Of a DNA stretch of 64,000 bases, positions 39,322 to 53,637 are shown piece by piece. The DNA comes from Octopus vulgaris. Taxonomy: Eukaryota. Under the pieces are notes generated by a model. That model was not told the origin of the DNA, did not search any database, and saw only the letters and a list, made by a program, of their open reading frames with translations. Position 1 is the stretch's first letter; every line of letters begins with the position of its first letter. Location: contig OX597816.1 in the NCBI GenBank assembly GCA_951406725.2, positions 84,506,001-84,570,000 on the forward strand, read 5' to 3'. Both the position numbers and the translations under genes were made by a program.

Positions 39322-40145
39322 TTGTGCATTTATTTGTTCATGTGGTGAACTCTTCTTTCTATTTATTCACGTACAAACATATACACTCATACACGCACAT
39401 ATAACTTCACTTCATATATATATATATATATACACACATAAGCTCATACACATTATTTATACGTGTGCGTGGACGTGTGTGTATGCTGTATGTAAGAGCG
39501 GGAAGAAAAAAATATGCGTATCTAAACGTCTGAATTTAGACGCGCATGCGCAAACATAAGTATATCTGTCTATATATATACACATACATATATGCACCTG
39601 TGTATGTGTGTGTGTGTGCGTGTGTATGTGTATGTGTATGTACGCAAAGTGAGCTGATGAATACACAGGCAAAATACAAATGGCAAATAGCTTGTGAGAA
39701 ATTAAAAACCAATCAAAAGAAAGACAAGAGAAACATGAAAATTAGAAAATTGTTTAAAAGTAAGGAAGAATATACACCACTTCACACACACACACGCACA
39801 CACTCATACACACACACACACGCACACACATATGCGTGTATGTAATTTATTTAAATATATCTATGTGTGTATGCCCGTGCTCGTGTGTGTGTGTGTTTGT
39901 GTGCCTGTGTGATTATTTGCAATGCTGTTGCTGTTTGGTCGTCTGAGAGAAGCCAACGGAATGTTTTGTGTATATTGGGTGTACTATCAACTTTGAGACT
40001 TGGGTGGTTTGCCATCAAATAATCGCTTCATTCCGTTTTACATCCAGTGACGGTTTGTTTTGGGTCTCTTAAAAGTTTCACAGCATTCCTAACTGGATAG
40101 TTAGTTTGCTAGATAGAGTGGAAGCTATACACATGTCTTTGGATG

Positions 40146-40621
40146 CGTGTATGTATGTATGTATGTATGTATGTATGTATGTATGTATGTATGTATGTAT
40201 GTATGTATGTATGTATGTATGTATGCATGCATGTATACATATATGTATGAATGTATGTACGTATGTATGTATGTATGTATGTATGTATCATGTGTGTATG
40301 CATGCATGTATGTATTCATGTATGTATGTATGCATGTATGTATGTGTGTATATATATATATATGTATGAATGTGTGTATGTGTGTATGTATGTATGTATG
40401 CATGCATGTATACATATATGTATGAATGTATGTACGTATGTATGTATCATGTGTGTGCAAGTATGTATATGTGTGCATGTATGTACGCATGTACGTATGT
40501 ATGCAGGTATGTATACGTATGTATGCAGGTATGTATACGTATGCTTGTATGTGTATGCATCTATGTATGCTTGTATGTATGTATGCACGCATGTACATAT
40601 GTATATATGTATGCATGTCTG

Positions 40622-40652
<31 letters not shown>

Positions 40653-40900
40653 GTATACGTATGCATGCTTGTTTGTGTGTGCATCTATATATGTATGTTT
40701 TGATGTTTTTTCTGTATGCATGTATATATGCGTATGTATACTTATGAATGCAGAATGCGTCTATGTGTGTATATACGAATACATGCATGTGTGTATATGT
40801 GTATATATGAATGCATGCATGTATGTATGTTTGTATGCATGAATGCGTGTGGCTTTGTCCGTATGTATACGAGTGTGTTTGCATGTCTTTCGGTGTAGAT
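40146..40900. repeat. Long degenerate (ATGT)n simple-repeat tract with internal higher-order duplications
   Basis: Directly visible; gcatgcatgtatacatatatgtatgaatgtatgtacgtatgtatgtat recurs at ~40225 and ~40400. Confidence 0.9.
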
Positions 40901-41318
40901 GATTATATGTGTGTATATATGTGTGTCTCTGTGCATATGTGCTTGTGTATGTGTGTATGTATTTATGGTTGGATAGATATGTAAATGTCATAATTGTACT
41001 TGCACTAAAACTTCATTACCTCAAGTTTTTAAATTATTATTGCCCCAGCATGGCCACAGCTCATAAGCTGAAACTGGAAAAATCAAAATCAAATCAATAC
41101 GCGTTTTTACTCGCTCATTATATCTATACATCTACATGCATACATACGCACATACATACATACACGGATATATATATACTGCCATACATACATACATACA
41201 TACATACATACATACATACATACATACATACATACATAAAGTCATTGGATTTGAACTCAGACGAAATGCCACTAAACAATTTGTCCGGCCTGCTAACGAT
41301 TCTGCTAATCCACCGCTT

Positions 41319-41392
<74 letters not shown>

Positions 41393-41506
41393 TGATGATA
41401 ATAATAATGATGATGATGATGATGATGATGATGATAATGATGATGAAAATAATAGTAACAATAACAATAGCAACAACAACAATAACAACAACAATAATAA
41501 TAATAT

Positions 41507-41700
41507 AAGGACTTCAGATTGAGTTATCTGGAACGTAGCAAGTAAAACTAAAACCATCCCTGTTGTTTTAGGTGCCCTGTGATGGTCAACAAATGTAGTG
41601 AAACTAACAACCTTTGAGACTCAAAAAATTGTTGTTGACACCAACCGCCTACATTCACAGAAAGTTTCTTTCCATCAAGTATATACGTGTGCCTCAGGTC
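41507..41700 (+). mobile_element. Decayed R4/Dong 3'-end fragment after an (AAT)n array
   Basis: IWNVASKTKTIPVVLGAL and QKIV motifs, as in the 6831-7130 ORF. Confidence 0.6.
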
Positions 41701-43440
41701 TCATCATGAGTGTCGAAATGTCAAATGAAAATAGAAATGAGAACAGCGTGAATGAGACTGGAACACTTCGTGAAGGTCGCTCGCCCGGCGGGTGCCCCAC
41801 GACTAAGCAGCGTGGGCGCAGTCGTCATCAAGCAGGTGGACGAAAGAAATGAATGTGGCTGTAATAGAATGCTACTTTCTGGGTGATTCGAGAAATGATA
41901 ATGAAGTACGCGCTAGAGGATATAGGAAAAGAATGCACAGGGCATGAAGTGACAAAGACCTATTTGAATTAAGTGAACTAAATCTGTGTGACCAAGCTAG
42001 AGTCAGAAGAAAGAATGAATGGTTCTCTCCAGTTGAATTAGAGAGCATTAAGAGACGGGTGCTTAGGGATAGTAAAACTAGCGGTGAAGGGAACGATGAG
42101 GAAGAGAATGCAGATAGTGAAACTACGGCAGTAGAGTTAAAGGCAGAAAGCGAGCATGAGGCTGAGATTATTGATCAGGAAAGCGATGAGAGAACCAAGG
42201 AACAGATATCCATTTCAAGTAAAATCTTTGATATTTGGACTGCTAGTGAACTGAGCTTTTATACGGGGTTTAAAAAAGTAGACAGAAAGAAACTCAATGA
42301 ATGGGTCAGGAGGATAGATGATATCACTGGTGATATCAGGACTGACAACGTCACAGACACAAACAATCTGATAAATGCAATCTCGGTCTTTTTAGCCCGG
42401 AAGTTAGGTTTGAAAGACAAAGGTAAATGTCAATATAATCTGAAGGAACCATGGTGGAAAAGACGAATAACGCAGTTTATTAACGAGACCAGGAAACACA
42501 TTAATATTCTGGAACGGAAAAATAGAAATGAAGTTCAGCGAGAGAAACATGTTGAGCAAGTGAGGAAATATAGGGTGAGGAGAAAGGGAATCAATGTTGT
42601 GACTGAGGAATTAAAACAGAAGTTGAAAGCTAAAGCACATAAACTAAAGAGATATGAACAGAAAATTGAGCAGTACAGATTAAACAGACATCTCGAACAA
42701 AAACCGGAAACGTGTCTACCAGGAACTGGATGGGAAAGGAAAAGGTGAAAACGTCGTGCCGGATGCTGAAGAAAACAAAAGATTCTGGTCAAACATATGG
42801 TCTCAGGAGAAACAAAACGAAACTGAAGCAGAGTCGTTAAAGACACTCACAGTGGAGAGTGGTGAGTATCAGCAGGAGGCTTTGAGAATAACCGAAGAGA
42901 CGATTAGAGATCAGTGCAGGAAAATTCCTAACTGGAAAGCGCCTGGCCCAGATGGGGTTCAGGGTTTTTGGCTTAAAAAATTGACAGCACTGCACAAGAG
43001 AATTGCGAGACAGCTGGACGAAATACCGGCCTGGATGACAAAAGGAAGAACTATACTATACTAAAAGGAACAAGTAAATGGAATGCGGTTGGAAACATCT
43101 GACCAATACCTTGTTTGCCACTGATGTGAAAACTGATGACGGGTATATTATCAAACAGCATCTATAAGTACTAAGATGAGAATGACCTACTACCAGTGGA
43201 ACAAAAAATGTGTAGACGTAAGAGTAGAGGAATGGAGTATCAATTACTAATCCATAAGAAGTATCTATTACTAATCCATGGAATTTCGGATCGAGCAATG
43301 TGGTGTAATGATTCTCAAAAGGGGGAAAATCAGTAAAAGCCATGGAATCAAGCTGGAAAGTGGCGAAACTATAAAGAGAGTCAGAGAGGAAAAAAAAAGT
43401 ACCTGGGTATCATTGAGAGAGATAAGATGAATGAACACAG
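41701..43440 (+). mobile_element. R4/Dong-clade LINE, 5' portion through a partial RT, internally deleted and decayed
   Basis: NVAVIECYF, GYRKRMH, DQARVRRKNEWFSPVELESI, EPWWKRRI, KLKRYEQ, FWSNIWS, NWKAPGPDGVQGFWLKK, PIPCLP, MEFRIEQC, KYLGI. Confidence 0.85.
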
Positions 43441-43966
43441 GAGCATGGTAGTCGACTTAATAAATTTCTCCGTCATTTCAAAATTGCTGGCGTTGTGCCA
43501 AAAATTAGAGAGAAAGAAATGATATAATATATAGAATTATAACATGCATACGCATGTGCCTATGCGTTAAGTATGCACGTGTGAAGAAAAGTGGGGAGAG
43601 AATGGGAGAAGGAGAATGAGAGACAAAAGGAAAGTGTCTCTGTTAGTTAACAAAAAAGATTCGGAAAGGTAGGTTTACTAAATAGAAATATGGCCGTGTA
43701 CATATATAAATAACTAAGGGAGATCAACCAGATTTAACTAAATTTTATTTGAGGAAAGGTTTTCTCTTAAATTCCCTTTTATATTCTTTTATTACTTTTC
43801 TCTGTTTACCCTTTTTTAATCTACTCCTTATTTATTTATATGAGTATTTGTCAGGGATTATATGAAGCTTAAATATATATATATATATACTCATATATAC
43901 ATAGACACATATAAACATACACCCACGTATATATATATGTATATATATGTGTGTATATATATAGAC

Positions 43967-44014
<48 letters not shown>

Positions 44015-44068
44015 TCATACATACACAAAGATATATATATATACATACATACATGTATACATACACAA

Positions 44069-44139
<71 letters not shown>

Positions 44140-44144
<5 letters not shown>

Positions 44145-44570
44145 AGTGAATTGAAGAAATGGAGTTGAACGAAGATTGAACAGAAATCGTTTTATTGCAT
44201 TCTACACGTGTTTCGAAAGGCACAATTTACCAAATTCCGATTGAATAATGGGACCATATTGTGTCTTTCTCTTCAGGAAGAAAGAGAAAGACACAATATG
44301 GTCTCATTATTCAATCGGAATTTGGTAAATTGTGCCTTTCGAAACACGTGTAGAATGCAATAAAACGATTTCTGTTCAATCTTCGTTCAACTCCATTTCT
44401 TCAATTCACTAATAATATTAAAATTCAATTATCCGCACCAACGCACGGTTGCAACACCATATGGTTGTACCTCCAACCGTGCTGTCTTCTGCTATGATTT
44501 TTGCTACCAAGGTATCGGTTAAAATTTTGATTAATCTGCAACAAGATTATTCATCTTTCTATTTCACAAT
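44140..44570. mobile_element. Non-coding PLE terminal-repeat fold-back: ~135-bp near-perfect arms (44140-44274 / 44282-44415) plus a 3' extension
   Basis: Arms differ at one position (ggacc versus ggtct); atggagttgaacga and tttgctacc.aggtatcggtt are shared with the terminal repeat at 21420-21565; (TA)n on both flanks. Confidence 0.85.
44198..44280 (-). ncRNA. Type-I hammerhead ribozyme with extended stem II
   Basis: Minus strand cTTC-CTGAAGA-GAAAG-a-CACAAT...ATTGTG-c-CTTTC-GAAA-CACGTG-TA-GAAtg; palindromic ACACGTGT helix III; the mirror arm lacks the CTG of the core. Confidence 0.78.
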
Positions 44571-46125
44571 ATACATATATATATATATATATATACACAC
44601 ATACATATATATATATATATATATTTCTATATTCTTTCTGATATTTATCTTTCTTGTGCGTGTCTTCTGTTTTCTCTCCACTTTTCTCTTTCTTTCTTTC
44701 CTTCTCTCTTTCCCTCCCCCTCTCCCTCTTTTCTGTTTTCTTTCATTTTTTTTTCTTTTTCTCTGTAATTGTTAGAATTATCGGAATTCACCTTTTTAGT
44801 GTGAACCAAGACCTAACCATAACATATACCTTAGCGACGTCACGTTGGAATCAGAATAAAAGTGACATACATTCCAATGCTTGCTAAACGTTGTCTCAAG
44901 CATCGTATGTACGTACGTACGTATGTATATGCGTATTTGGCGTAAACATGTATGTTTGTATGCGTGTGCTTACGTATGCGTACGTGATGTGGTTGCGTGT
45001 GTTTGCTTATATGCATAGGCCTATATATATACGAATGAACGTTTCAGACGTATGCTTGACTATATGCGTGTGTATAAGTTTGAGATACGATACATGTATG
45101 TCTATGCATACGGATGAATATGTAATGCGTATATTGGCCGACGTGCTTGTGTATGAAAATCAAATATAACTTCAATATGTATGTTTGTCAATATGTATGA
45201 GAATGTTATTATTGCTTTTTAGCCTTATGTCAACACAGATGGGGGAGATGGGATCAAAGGCATTCCATCCGTGGCCATTTCATCGTTTTGTTCTATCTTC
45301 GGTTCTCATTTAGTGAGTGCAATTTGTGGAAGATTTAGTTACTATTTCTAGCCGATTTCACGGGAGTATATAGGCACCCTCGTTAGTTCGTGTACAGATA
45401 TACATGTATATGTATTTGTGTATGTGTTTATATGTGCTGTATGTATGTGTATGTGTATGTATGCGTGCGTGCAAAAGTCACTGCCAATGTGCGTAATATC
45501 TATATGTATGAGTACGTATTCAATGTATATGATTGCGGATGTGAAGGGTATACCCGTTTGTCTACACATGTACTTTCACATATGCATACGTTCATCAGTG
45601 CGCGCGTGTGTGTTTACAAATATGCGCGCTTTGTTTCTATGTATTGTATTAATTTGTTTTGTCTTTCATTATTTATGTTCTGCTTTGTGAGGGTTGATTT
45701 ATTTTCTGTTTTGTTCTTTGTATGGTCTTATTTCATTTATTTGCCATAGATGTCTCTTCCTTCTTTCTTTCTTCCTTTCTCTTTTACAGTCGGACATTTT
45801 GGCGGGGGCGTTGGTATTGGAAGATTAGGATTCTTTAGTTTCCTATTGTTTCTGCAGTTGTTGTTGTTGTTGTTGTTGTTGTTGTTCTTCTTCTTCTTCT
45901 TCTTCTTCTTCTTCTTCTTCTTCTTCTTCTTCTTCTTCTTCTTCTTCTTCTTCTTCTTCTTCTTCTTCTTCTTCTTCTTCTTCTTCTTCTTCTTCTTCTT
46001 TCTCCCCTTTTCATTCTTCTTTAATTTTGCTGTTGAATGACTCATTGCAGACATTTTACATACACATCACACACACATACGCATGCATAAATATACACAC
46101 ACGCGTACACACATACACATGTATG

Positions 46126-46197
<72 letters not shown>

Positions 46198-46264
46198 TAC
46201 ATATATATATAAACATATATATATATATACATATATACATACATATATACATACACACACACAT

Positions 46265-46343
<79 letters not shown>

Positions 46344-47323
46344 TACATATAAATATGTATGTATATATCCATTTATGTATTTGTAAATGTGTCTGTTTTG
46401 CGCGAACGCGTGGTTGATTGTACCTGCAATTATTAAATTCGAAAGAGACCACCCACAGATAGACACACAAGCGTGCATTCACTCAAAACTATATACATAT
46501 ATGCATATACAGGTGTATATACACATACACATATACGCACACACACATATATATGCATATGTACATATGTGTATATATGTATATTTATACATGAGTATAT
46601 ATATATATATATGTGTGTGTATGTATATATATTCTCATACATACATACACACACCCATATGTATAATTATCTATATATGAGTATATATGTGTGAGTGCAT
46701 ACATTTATATAATTGTGTATATATATGTGTATATATATATACACAAAATTTCTCTCTCTCTCTCTCTCTCACGCACACGCACACATCACGGGTACATACA
46801 TTATTTCGGTTAAACATAGTGAGTGATGTTGTTTTGTCAACAAGAAAGGCGAAGACGCAGAAGAAGAGGAATGGTGGAGAAACAATCATAGACTAGACGA
46901 AATAATAAATTAGAACCATGAGAATATCTTAAATGTTTCTTGAATATCTGTTACTCACGACACATCAGAGCGAAATTCTGCCATGTGATAATTATGGGAA
47001 CAACAAAGGTGACAGATGTAGAACGAGATGAGAAAAGTTTCCAAGCACTTAAATCGGCAGTCCGGTTTCAAGATTATTTTCTGCCATATAATTTTAATTA
47101 CAATTACTTGTGTTGTTACAGTTATTGTTATTGTTGTCATCGTCCTTGTTGTTGTTGTTGTTATTGTTGTTTAGCATCAAGACGGGTCTGACTGATGGGG
47201 CTTAAAAACAAGAGCATTTCAAAATTGACGATGCCTCATCTAATCATTTTTCAGGTTCATTATACTTCTGACTTAATTATTTGATGTATTTAATTTCCAG
47301 ACGGTATGGCACTACTGTTGTCC

Positions 47324-47431
<108 letters not shown>

Positions 47432-47560
47432 GGAGTAAGCACATAAATGTGATACAAGGCGGAAGAAAGAGTACTCAAATACCAGAGGTAGAGTGATATG
47501 CTTTATTTAAAAGCAGCAGAAAGCACTCACTCAGAGTTTCATGTTATATATATATATTTA

Positions 47561-48816
47561 TACGTTCTGTTACAAAGGCTAAACCATGTGTTTCAGCTAT
47601 ATATAAACTAATTCACTTGAAAATTGCGCACTAGTTTTTTTTTTTACGTTTCCAGCAACGTTAGAGCAAAAGAAAATTATTCAATGAATTCACCTCGTTT
47701 CTTTATTACAGCCTTAATTTTTCAGGCACTGCTTCAACGGCGGCTCGCAAGACTTGTAGTGGCATTTTATCCCAATCACGCTGCAGCCACCTCTTCAAAG
47801 TCACTACTGAACGATGAGGTTTAACACAAGCATTGATCTCCAAGATGGACCAAATGCTAAAGTCCATTGACTTGAGGGAAGCCATTCTTCCTTGGACAAG
47901 AAATTTGGGGCACTGTCGCTAAGCCACCTCTAAATGCTGTCGGCACTGTGGGTAGGTGCTTCATCCTACTGGCAGGGAAAGGGATCACCGTTAAACAATT
48001 CTTGACGCAAACGTTTCACCACAGTCTCAAGAATGAATTCTTCATAGCTTGCAGCCTTGATTTTGACTCCTTCAGCAACAAAAACAAGAGGAGTGTTCCT
48101 CGTCGAAGTCACTCCAACCGAAACCATCAAAGATAAGGGGTTTCGAGTACGGCGGATATATATTTCTGGCATCCTATAGACATGAATGAGCGTTTGCCGC
48201 AAAGACCCTGTCATTTTCACTGTTGTATGCTTCTTCTCATCTGTGAAAAGCACATCGGCCAACTATCGAGCCGCTCGAGCAGTGCACGATTTCTTGCGAG
48301 TCTCTTTGAAACTGTTGTTAGACCGTGAACTTGTCGGTGTTTCAATGAAACAAGTCCCAAGTCGCTTTTGATAACTCGCTTCAAAGATTCTTTTGAAAAT
48401 CCTAGCTCAGCAGTCATGTTTCTCATGGAGCTCCTTGGATTTCTGTGAACTCTGGAAGTGATTTTCCGGAGCCTGAAAGACCTGACCGACCTGTGACCTT
48501 TTGTCCTCGCTCGACCTTGAACTCCTTCAGTGTCCCTGAATCGATTGATGGTTCGATAGATGAACATTTGCTTCGTTTTCAGCCAATTGAGAAGATTCAA
48601 AATTCCTGATGGCACTTGCCAGCTTGATGTAGCCTAGCTACGACGGATTGTTCATGTTCCATTCTAATTTTGGACAAAACTATATCTTAGCTTAAAGATA
48701 AGTTTAGAACCCGAAAGAAGACAAAAATATTAAAACGATTTAAAATAATAAAATTGCCACTTTTTTATGTTAAACTAAGAACTTCAAAAATGTAACAGAA
48801 CTTTTGGGTTACCCTG

Positions 48817-48817
<1 letters not shown>
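47561..48817 (-). mobile_element. Tc1/mariner-superfamily transposon (maT/DD37D-like), decayed
   Basis: IYRTINRFRDT...R.P..SMRNM..ELG.S..S, VLFTDEK, MVSVGVTSTRNTPLVFVAEGVKI....Y, QQDEAP; right end TA-cagggtaacccaaaagttctgttaca with partial partner gttctgttaca at 47564. Confidence 0.82.
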
Positions 48818-48877
<60 letters not shown>

Positions 48878-48904
48878 GTATGTGTGTGTGTATATGCATA
48901 AATG

Positions 48905-49030
48905 TGAGGACTCTTGACCAAGTGGTTAGGTATTGCCCACATGATCGCGAGATCGTAGTTTCAATTCACTTCCTAGACCGGGTAGTGCGTTATGTCATTG
49001 AGCAAAGGACCTCATCTCACGTTGCTCTGT
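48905..49030 (+). mobile_element. Old tRNA-derived SINE head, third family
   Basis: tgaccaagtggttagg (A-box-like), gtttcaattc (B-box-like), ttgagcaaagg..ctcatctcacgttgctc; related minus-strand copies at ~52335-52495 and ~28545-28605. Confidence 0.55.
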
Positions 49031-49199
49031 TGCAGCCCATCTTTTACACCAAAACGTGTACAAAATAACGCTTATAATCGGTCAAAGTCAAAAGCTATGC
49101 GAGACACTGCCTGGTAATCTGTATTCGTTCTTTTTTTTTTTTATTCTTTTATGCGTTTCACCCCAAAAGATTGCCATATCATCACCTTTTCAATGGCCA

Positions 49200-49400
49200 T
49201 TCTTATGTGGTTGGCTTTGGTGAATTTGACATTGCTGCTCTCCTTTAAGTTTCTTGCCGTAATGTAGGTTCATCCGGGATCATGGACAACTTCTTGAAAA
49301 CATCTACTCTAACTCCCTGTAGATCTCTCAAGATTTTGGGGAATATATTTAATAGCTGTGGGCCTTTGAGACCCAAGCTATTGCAGTATCTGGTCCTTAC
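49200..49400 (-). mobile_element. CR1/L2-group LINE extreme 3' fragment
   Basis: TRYCNSLGLKGPQLLNIFPKILRDLQGVRVDVFKK...IPDEP, same family as 57590-57790. Confidence 0.8.
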
Positions 49401-50174
49401 TCTTTCTCCTTGCCTCTTTCTCTCCTTATCTCTCCCTCTCCTTATCTCTCTCTCTATCTCTCTGTTTTTATACATATGTATGTGTGTGTATGTGTAGGTG
49501 TTTCTTTATGTATTGATTCATATATGTGTATTTATGTTTGCTTTAGTATATGGATGTATGCGTGCATGTCACGAAATGTTTTGTCCTTTGTTAAAGAAAT
49601 GTTTATAGTAAACAAATATAAGGAAACGTAACACAAACTTTGTAAAGCAAAACGTAATACAATTAACAAAATCTGTTTTAACTATTTGGTGCCATCAGAG
49701 CTAGATTAAAAACATGCACCCCACCTATATTCATATTCTCTCTCTTTTATTTTCTTTCTTTTTCATATCCGTTTCTTTCCCAATTATCTATATCTGTCTG
49801 TCTGTCTGAATGTATGTCTGTGTGTAGTATGTATGTATGTATGTATGTATGTATGTATGTATGTATGTATGTATGTATGTATGTATGTATGTATGTATGT
49901 ATGTATGTATGTATGTATGTGTGTGTGTATGTATGTATGTATGTGTGTGTGTATGTATGTATGTATCTATGTATGTATGTATGTATGTATGTATGTATGT
50001 ATGTATGTATGTATGTATGTATGTATGTATGAATGAATGACTGTATGTATGCGTGCACGTATACAAGCATACACGCTCACGCATACACACATATGCGTGC
50101 ATGTAGCGATTCTAATGTGTATATATATATATGCATGTGTGTGTATGTGCGTGTGTGTTGATGAATTTGTGTCG

Positions 50175-50525
50175 CATGATTCCTGATGTGAAGTTGAAAC
50201 ATGTATTTTGGGATGGTCATTTTTTTTTGGGCTAAATAAGCACACGCACTATATATTCATACTTCACTGGTTTATTACTGTTTTTATGCTAACTCATGTC
50301 CATTGTCCAGAAATCTTTCGTCACACATCTGTGACCTCTTATAGGAATCGTAGAACAGAATGGAATAAGCAAAGCGAGAGCCCACAGAAAGACGGAAAGC
50401 GACGCTGAAGAGTTTACAGAGGTGTGAGGAAATGGACACGAGTTAGGATAAAAGCAGTAATAAACGGGTGAAAAACGAATGTATAGTGCGTGAGTTTATT
50501 TGGCAAAAAAAGACCATCCCGAAAT

Positions 50526-50533
<8 letters not shown>
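50175..50533. mobile_element. Second fold-back cassette of the GTCACA-hairpin family
   Basis: tgtattttgggatggtc...gaaatctttcgtcacacatctgtgacctctt versus gctgaagag...gaccatcccgaaatacaacaat; same spacer words (aatggaataagca...aaagacggaaa) as 33450-33490; ends at (TA)n. Confidence 0.8.
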
Positions 50534-50574
<41 letters not shown>

Positions 50575-51498
50575 TGTGTGTTCACTGTGTGTGTGTGTGT
50601 GTATGTATATATATATATATATGTATGTATATAATTAAATATAGAATCGTCTATCTATCTGTACTTATATATATTTTGGAGACATCGAATTTGTATATAA
50701 TGAAAATTGAAGTTGTCATATAAAAGACTTAATTACAACACAAATAAAAACAGGGATTCCGAAAGTTGTTCTGGGCGGTATATGACACAAAATTTATCGA
50801 GAATTCAGAAAGGAAAATTCACATGGTGGGCCTGCTTCTCTGATCCACTGTATCTTCCTGAAAACAAAAGCGAAAAAGAAAAAGCAAAACAGAAAAAGAA
50901 AAACAAGGGAAAACATTCCCAAGATCTAACTAGTATTCTTCATGGTATGGTATCATTGTGGACATTCCTCCAAATGGTTTAGCCTTCCATATATCGAAGA
51001 GAATAATTTATCAGGAAATTACTCGCCTGACCATTGAAGTTTCGGGAATGATTGATACGATATTTAGATGGGAACATTTTATATTTCATGACAGCGATGT
51101 TGATAATCCGAACAAAATCTTGAAGCTCCTCCCCATTATATTGAATAATTTTGCTATAGTTGTCATTAGCTCGTTGATAGAATATTCAACAGCTAACCTG
51201 ATTCGTTGTACCAGTTATTTACCATCTCAAGTAGTAGTCTGAAAAATTACAGTTCTTAGTTTATGTGCTTATGTCTGGAAAATGTGAGAATAGCAGAAGT
51301 AAATCAATATCCTAGGAATCCTTGTCGAGATCTTCGCTGACAGCAATGAGGATTGCATCATAAATGATATCTACATTAATTTCAAATTTTTGCTTCAACC
51401 ATGTGGTTTTTCCTAACATAGAGTCCCCATTTACTTATTCACTTCTATCAATCAATCAGTATAGAAAACAATTTAGAAATCTAAAACACCTTTAATAT

Positions 51499-51646
51499 GC
51501 GTAGGAGTGGCTACGGATTCAGTCCCACTGCGTGACACCTTGGGCAAGTGTCTTCTTCTATAGCCTTGGGCCGACCAAAGCCTTGTGAGTCGATTTGGTA
51601 GACGGAAAATGAAAGAAGCCCGTCGTATATAAGTATATATATATAT

Positions 51647-51685
<39 letters not shown>

Positions 51686-51925
51686 ATGTGTGTGTGTGTG
51701 TGTGTGTGTGTTTGTGTGTCTGTGTTTGCCCCCCCCCCCAACATCGCTTGACAACCGATGCTGGTGTGCTTACGTACCCGTAACTTAGCGGTTCGGCAAA
51801 AGAGACCGATAGAATTATTTCTAGGCTTACAAAGAATAAGTCCTGGGGTCGATTTGCTCGATCGACTAAAAGCGGTGCTCCAGCATGGCCACAGTCAAAT
51901 GACTGAAACAAGTAAAAGAGTAAAT
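51499..51925 (+). mobile_element. SINE family B copy with a deletion in the head
   Basis: Matches 27199-27627 throughout. Confidence 0.88.
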
Positions 51926-52252
51926 ACTGATGAATTCTTTTCGTTATTTACAAGATGTTAAATGCACTTACAATTGTTCCTGCGCTAAATCACCGAGAAT
52001 ATTTTCATTAATTGAGGAAAATTTTAGCCAAATAAGATATTTTTCATTTCTAAAATAATTTAAGAAAACATATTTGTGAAGAAAGCATTATGAAAGTTAT
52101 GGTGGACCATTATTCAAACTTCTTGCATGAAATGTGTACGATATAACCTCGAAGTATATACCATGTTTCCGCTAACAGTTTTAGGGATCGATGTGTTTAC
52201 GAGCAGTTATAGACTCTTGAGTCATAGGCGAATCCAGGTTGTGAGAGCTTGA

Positions 52253-52319
<67 letters not shown>

Positions 52320-52334
52320 AGAGAGAGAGAGAGA

Positions 52335-52495
52335 GAGAGCTACGCCATCATAGCGACTGGTACTCATTTCTAGGTGAGTGAGTAAACTGGAACAATGTGA
52401 AATGAAGTGCCTTACACAACGCATCATTTAACCTGGGAATCGAGTTCATAAACTTCTGATCTTCAGTTCAATATCCTAAACATTAAGCCACACCC
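52335..52495 (-). mobile_element. Old tRNA-derived SINE, third family
   Basis: Minus strand gtgtggcttaatgtttagg...ctcgattcccagg...aggcacttcatttcacattgttccagtttactca. Confidence 0.55.
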
Positions 52496-53542
52496 TGTCG
52501 TCACCATAATATATACGCTTTGTGTGTATGCGCATTTGTGTGTGTGTAAATGCAGAATAGTTTTCCTTTCAAACACATATTGTCATCTTGTAAAGGATTT
52601 CCATATTTCTATAATAGTCTATTATGTCTCGCTTAAATCTGTTAAGTTTCAGTTACCTTTACTACCGCATCTTCAAAAATAATATCAAGGTAATTATGGA
52701 GTGTTTAAAGTACGTACTTTACTGTATGCCACAAAGGACCAAGGGAATATAGTTAGAATATATAAAAACATCAATACCAAATCGTAAAAAGATACACAAG
52801 GTAATCTTGATATATTTCATTATTTATTTTATGTGTAATGTACCTGTGTGTTGACTTTGTATTTGTATTTAGCAATTACTAAAGCATCTACAGCTATTTT
52901 CTTCATTCTTTTTCTGGAATTATAGATAACGTTGTAGTGCTGCCAACTAATGTTTCCTAATTATATTATGTGCACTCTATTGTGAGTAGGCACACACGTA
53001 CAGCTAAAGGTACACGTGAACAAAGTGGTGGTGTTAAACCGGGTGAGGGTTGAAGTCTATCACCCAGTTTAATTCTATGGTTGCATATGTGCAAAGCATA
53101 CGTCCATAAAAAAAACACAGACATATGCGGCTGAAGGTACACACACACATACGCTCACGCGTGCGTATGGTACACATGCAACATATATATATATGAAAGC
53201 ATATATGTATGTGTATGTGAATATATGTCTGAATGTCTGAATGTGTGTATTCGCCTTCTGTTGTGTACGTATTGATACACATCATCATCATCATCATCAT
53301 CATCATTAACATCCCCACCACCATTCCCCGCACCATAAATTTGTTGCTATTTATACCTTTTCTCCATCGTTTTTAATCGGTACTTCTTTTTTTATTCGTG
53401 AAGCCTTCTTCTTCTTCTTCTTCTTCTTCTTCTTCTTCTTCTTCTTCTTCTTCTCCTCCACCACTCCTTCGTTTTCAATTTTTAATCGTCGTCATCATCA
53501 TCATCATCATCATCATCGTTGTTGTTGTGGCTGTTATTAGTA

Positions 53543-53634
<92 letters not shown>

Positions 53635-53637
53635 GAG

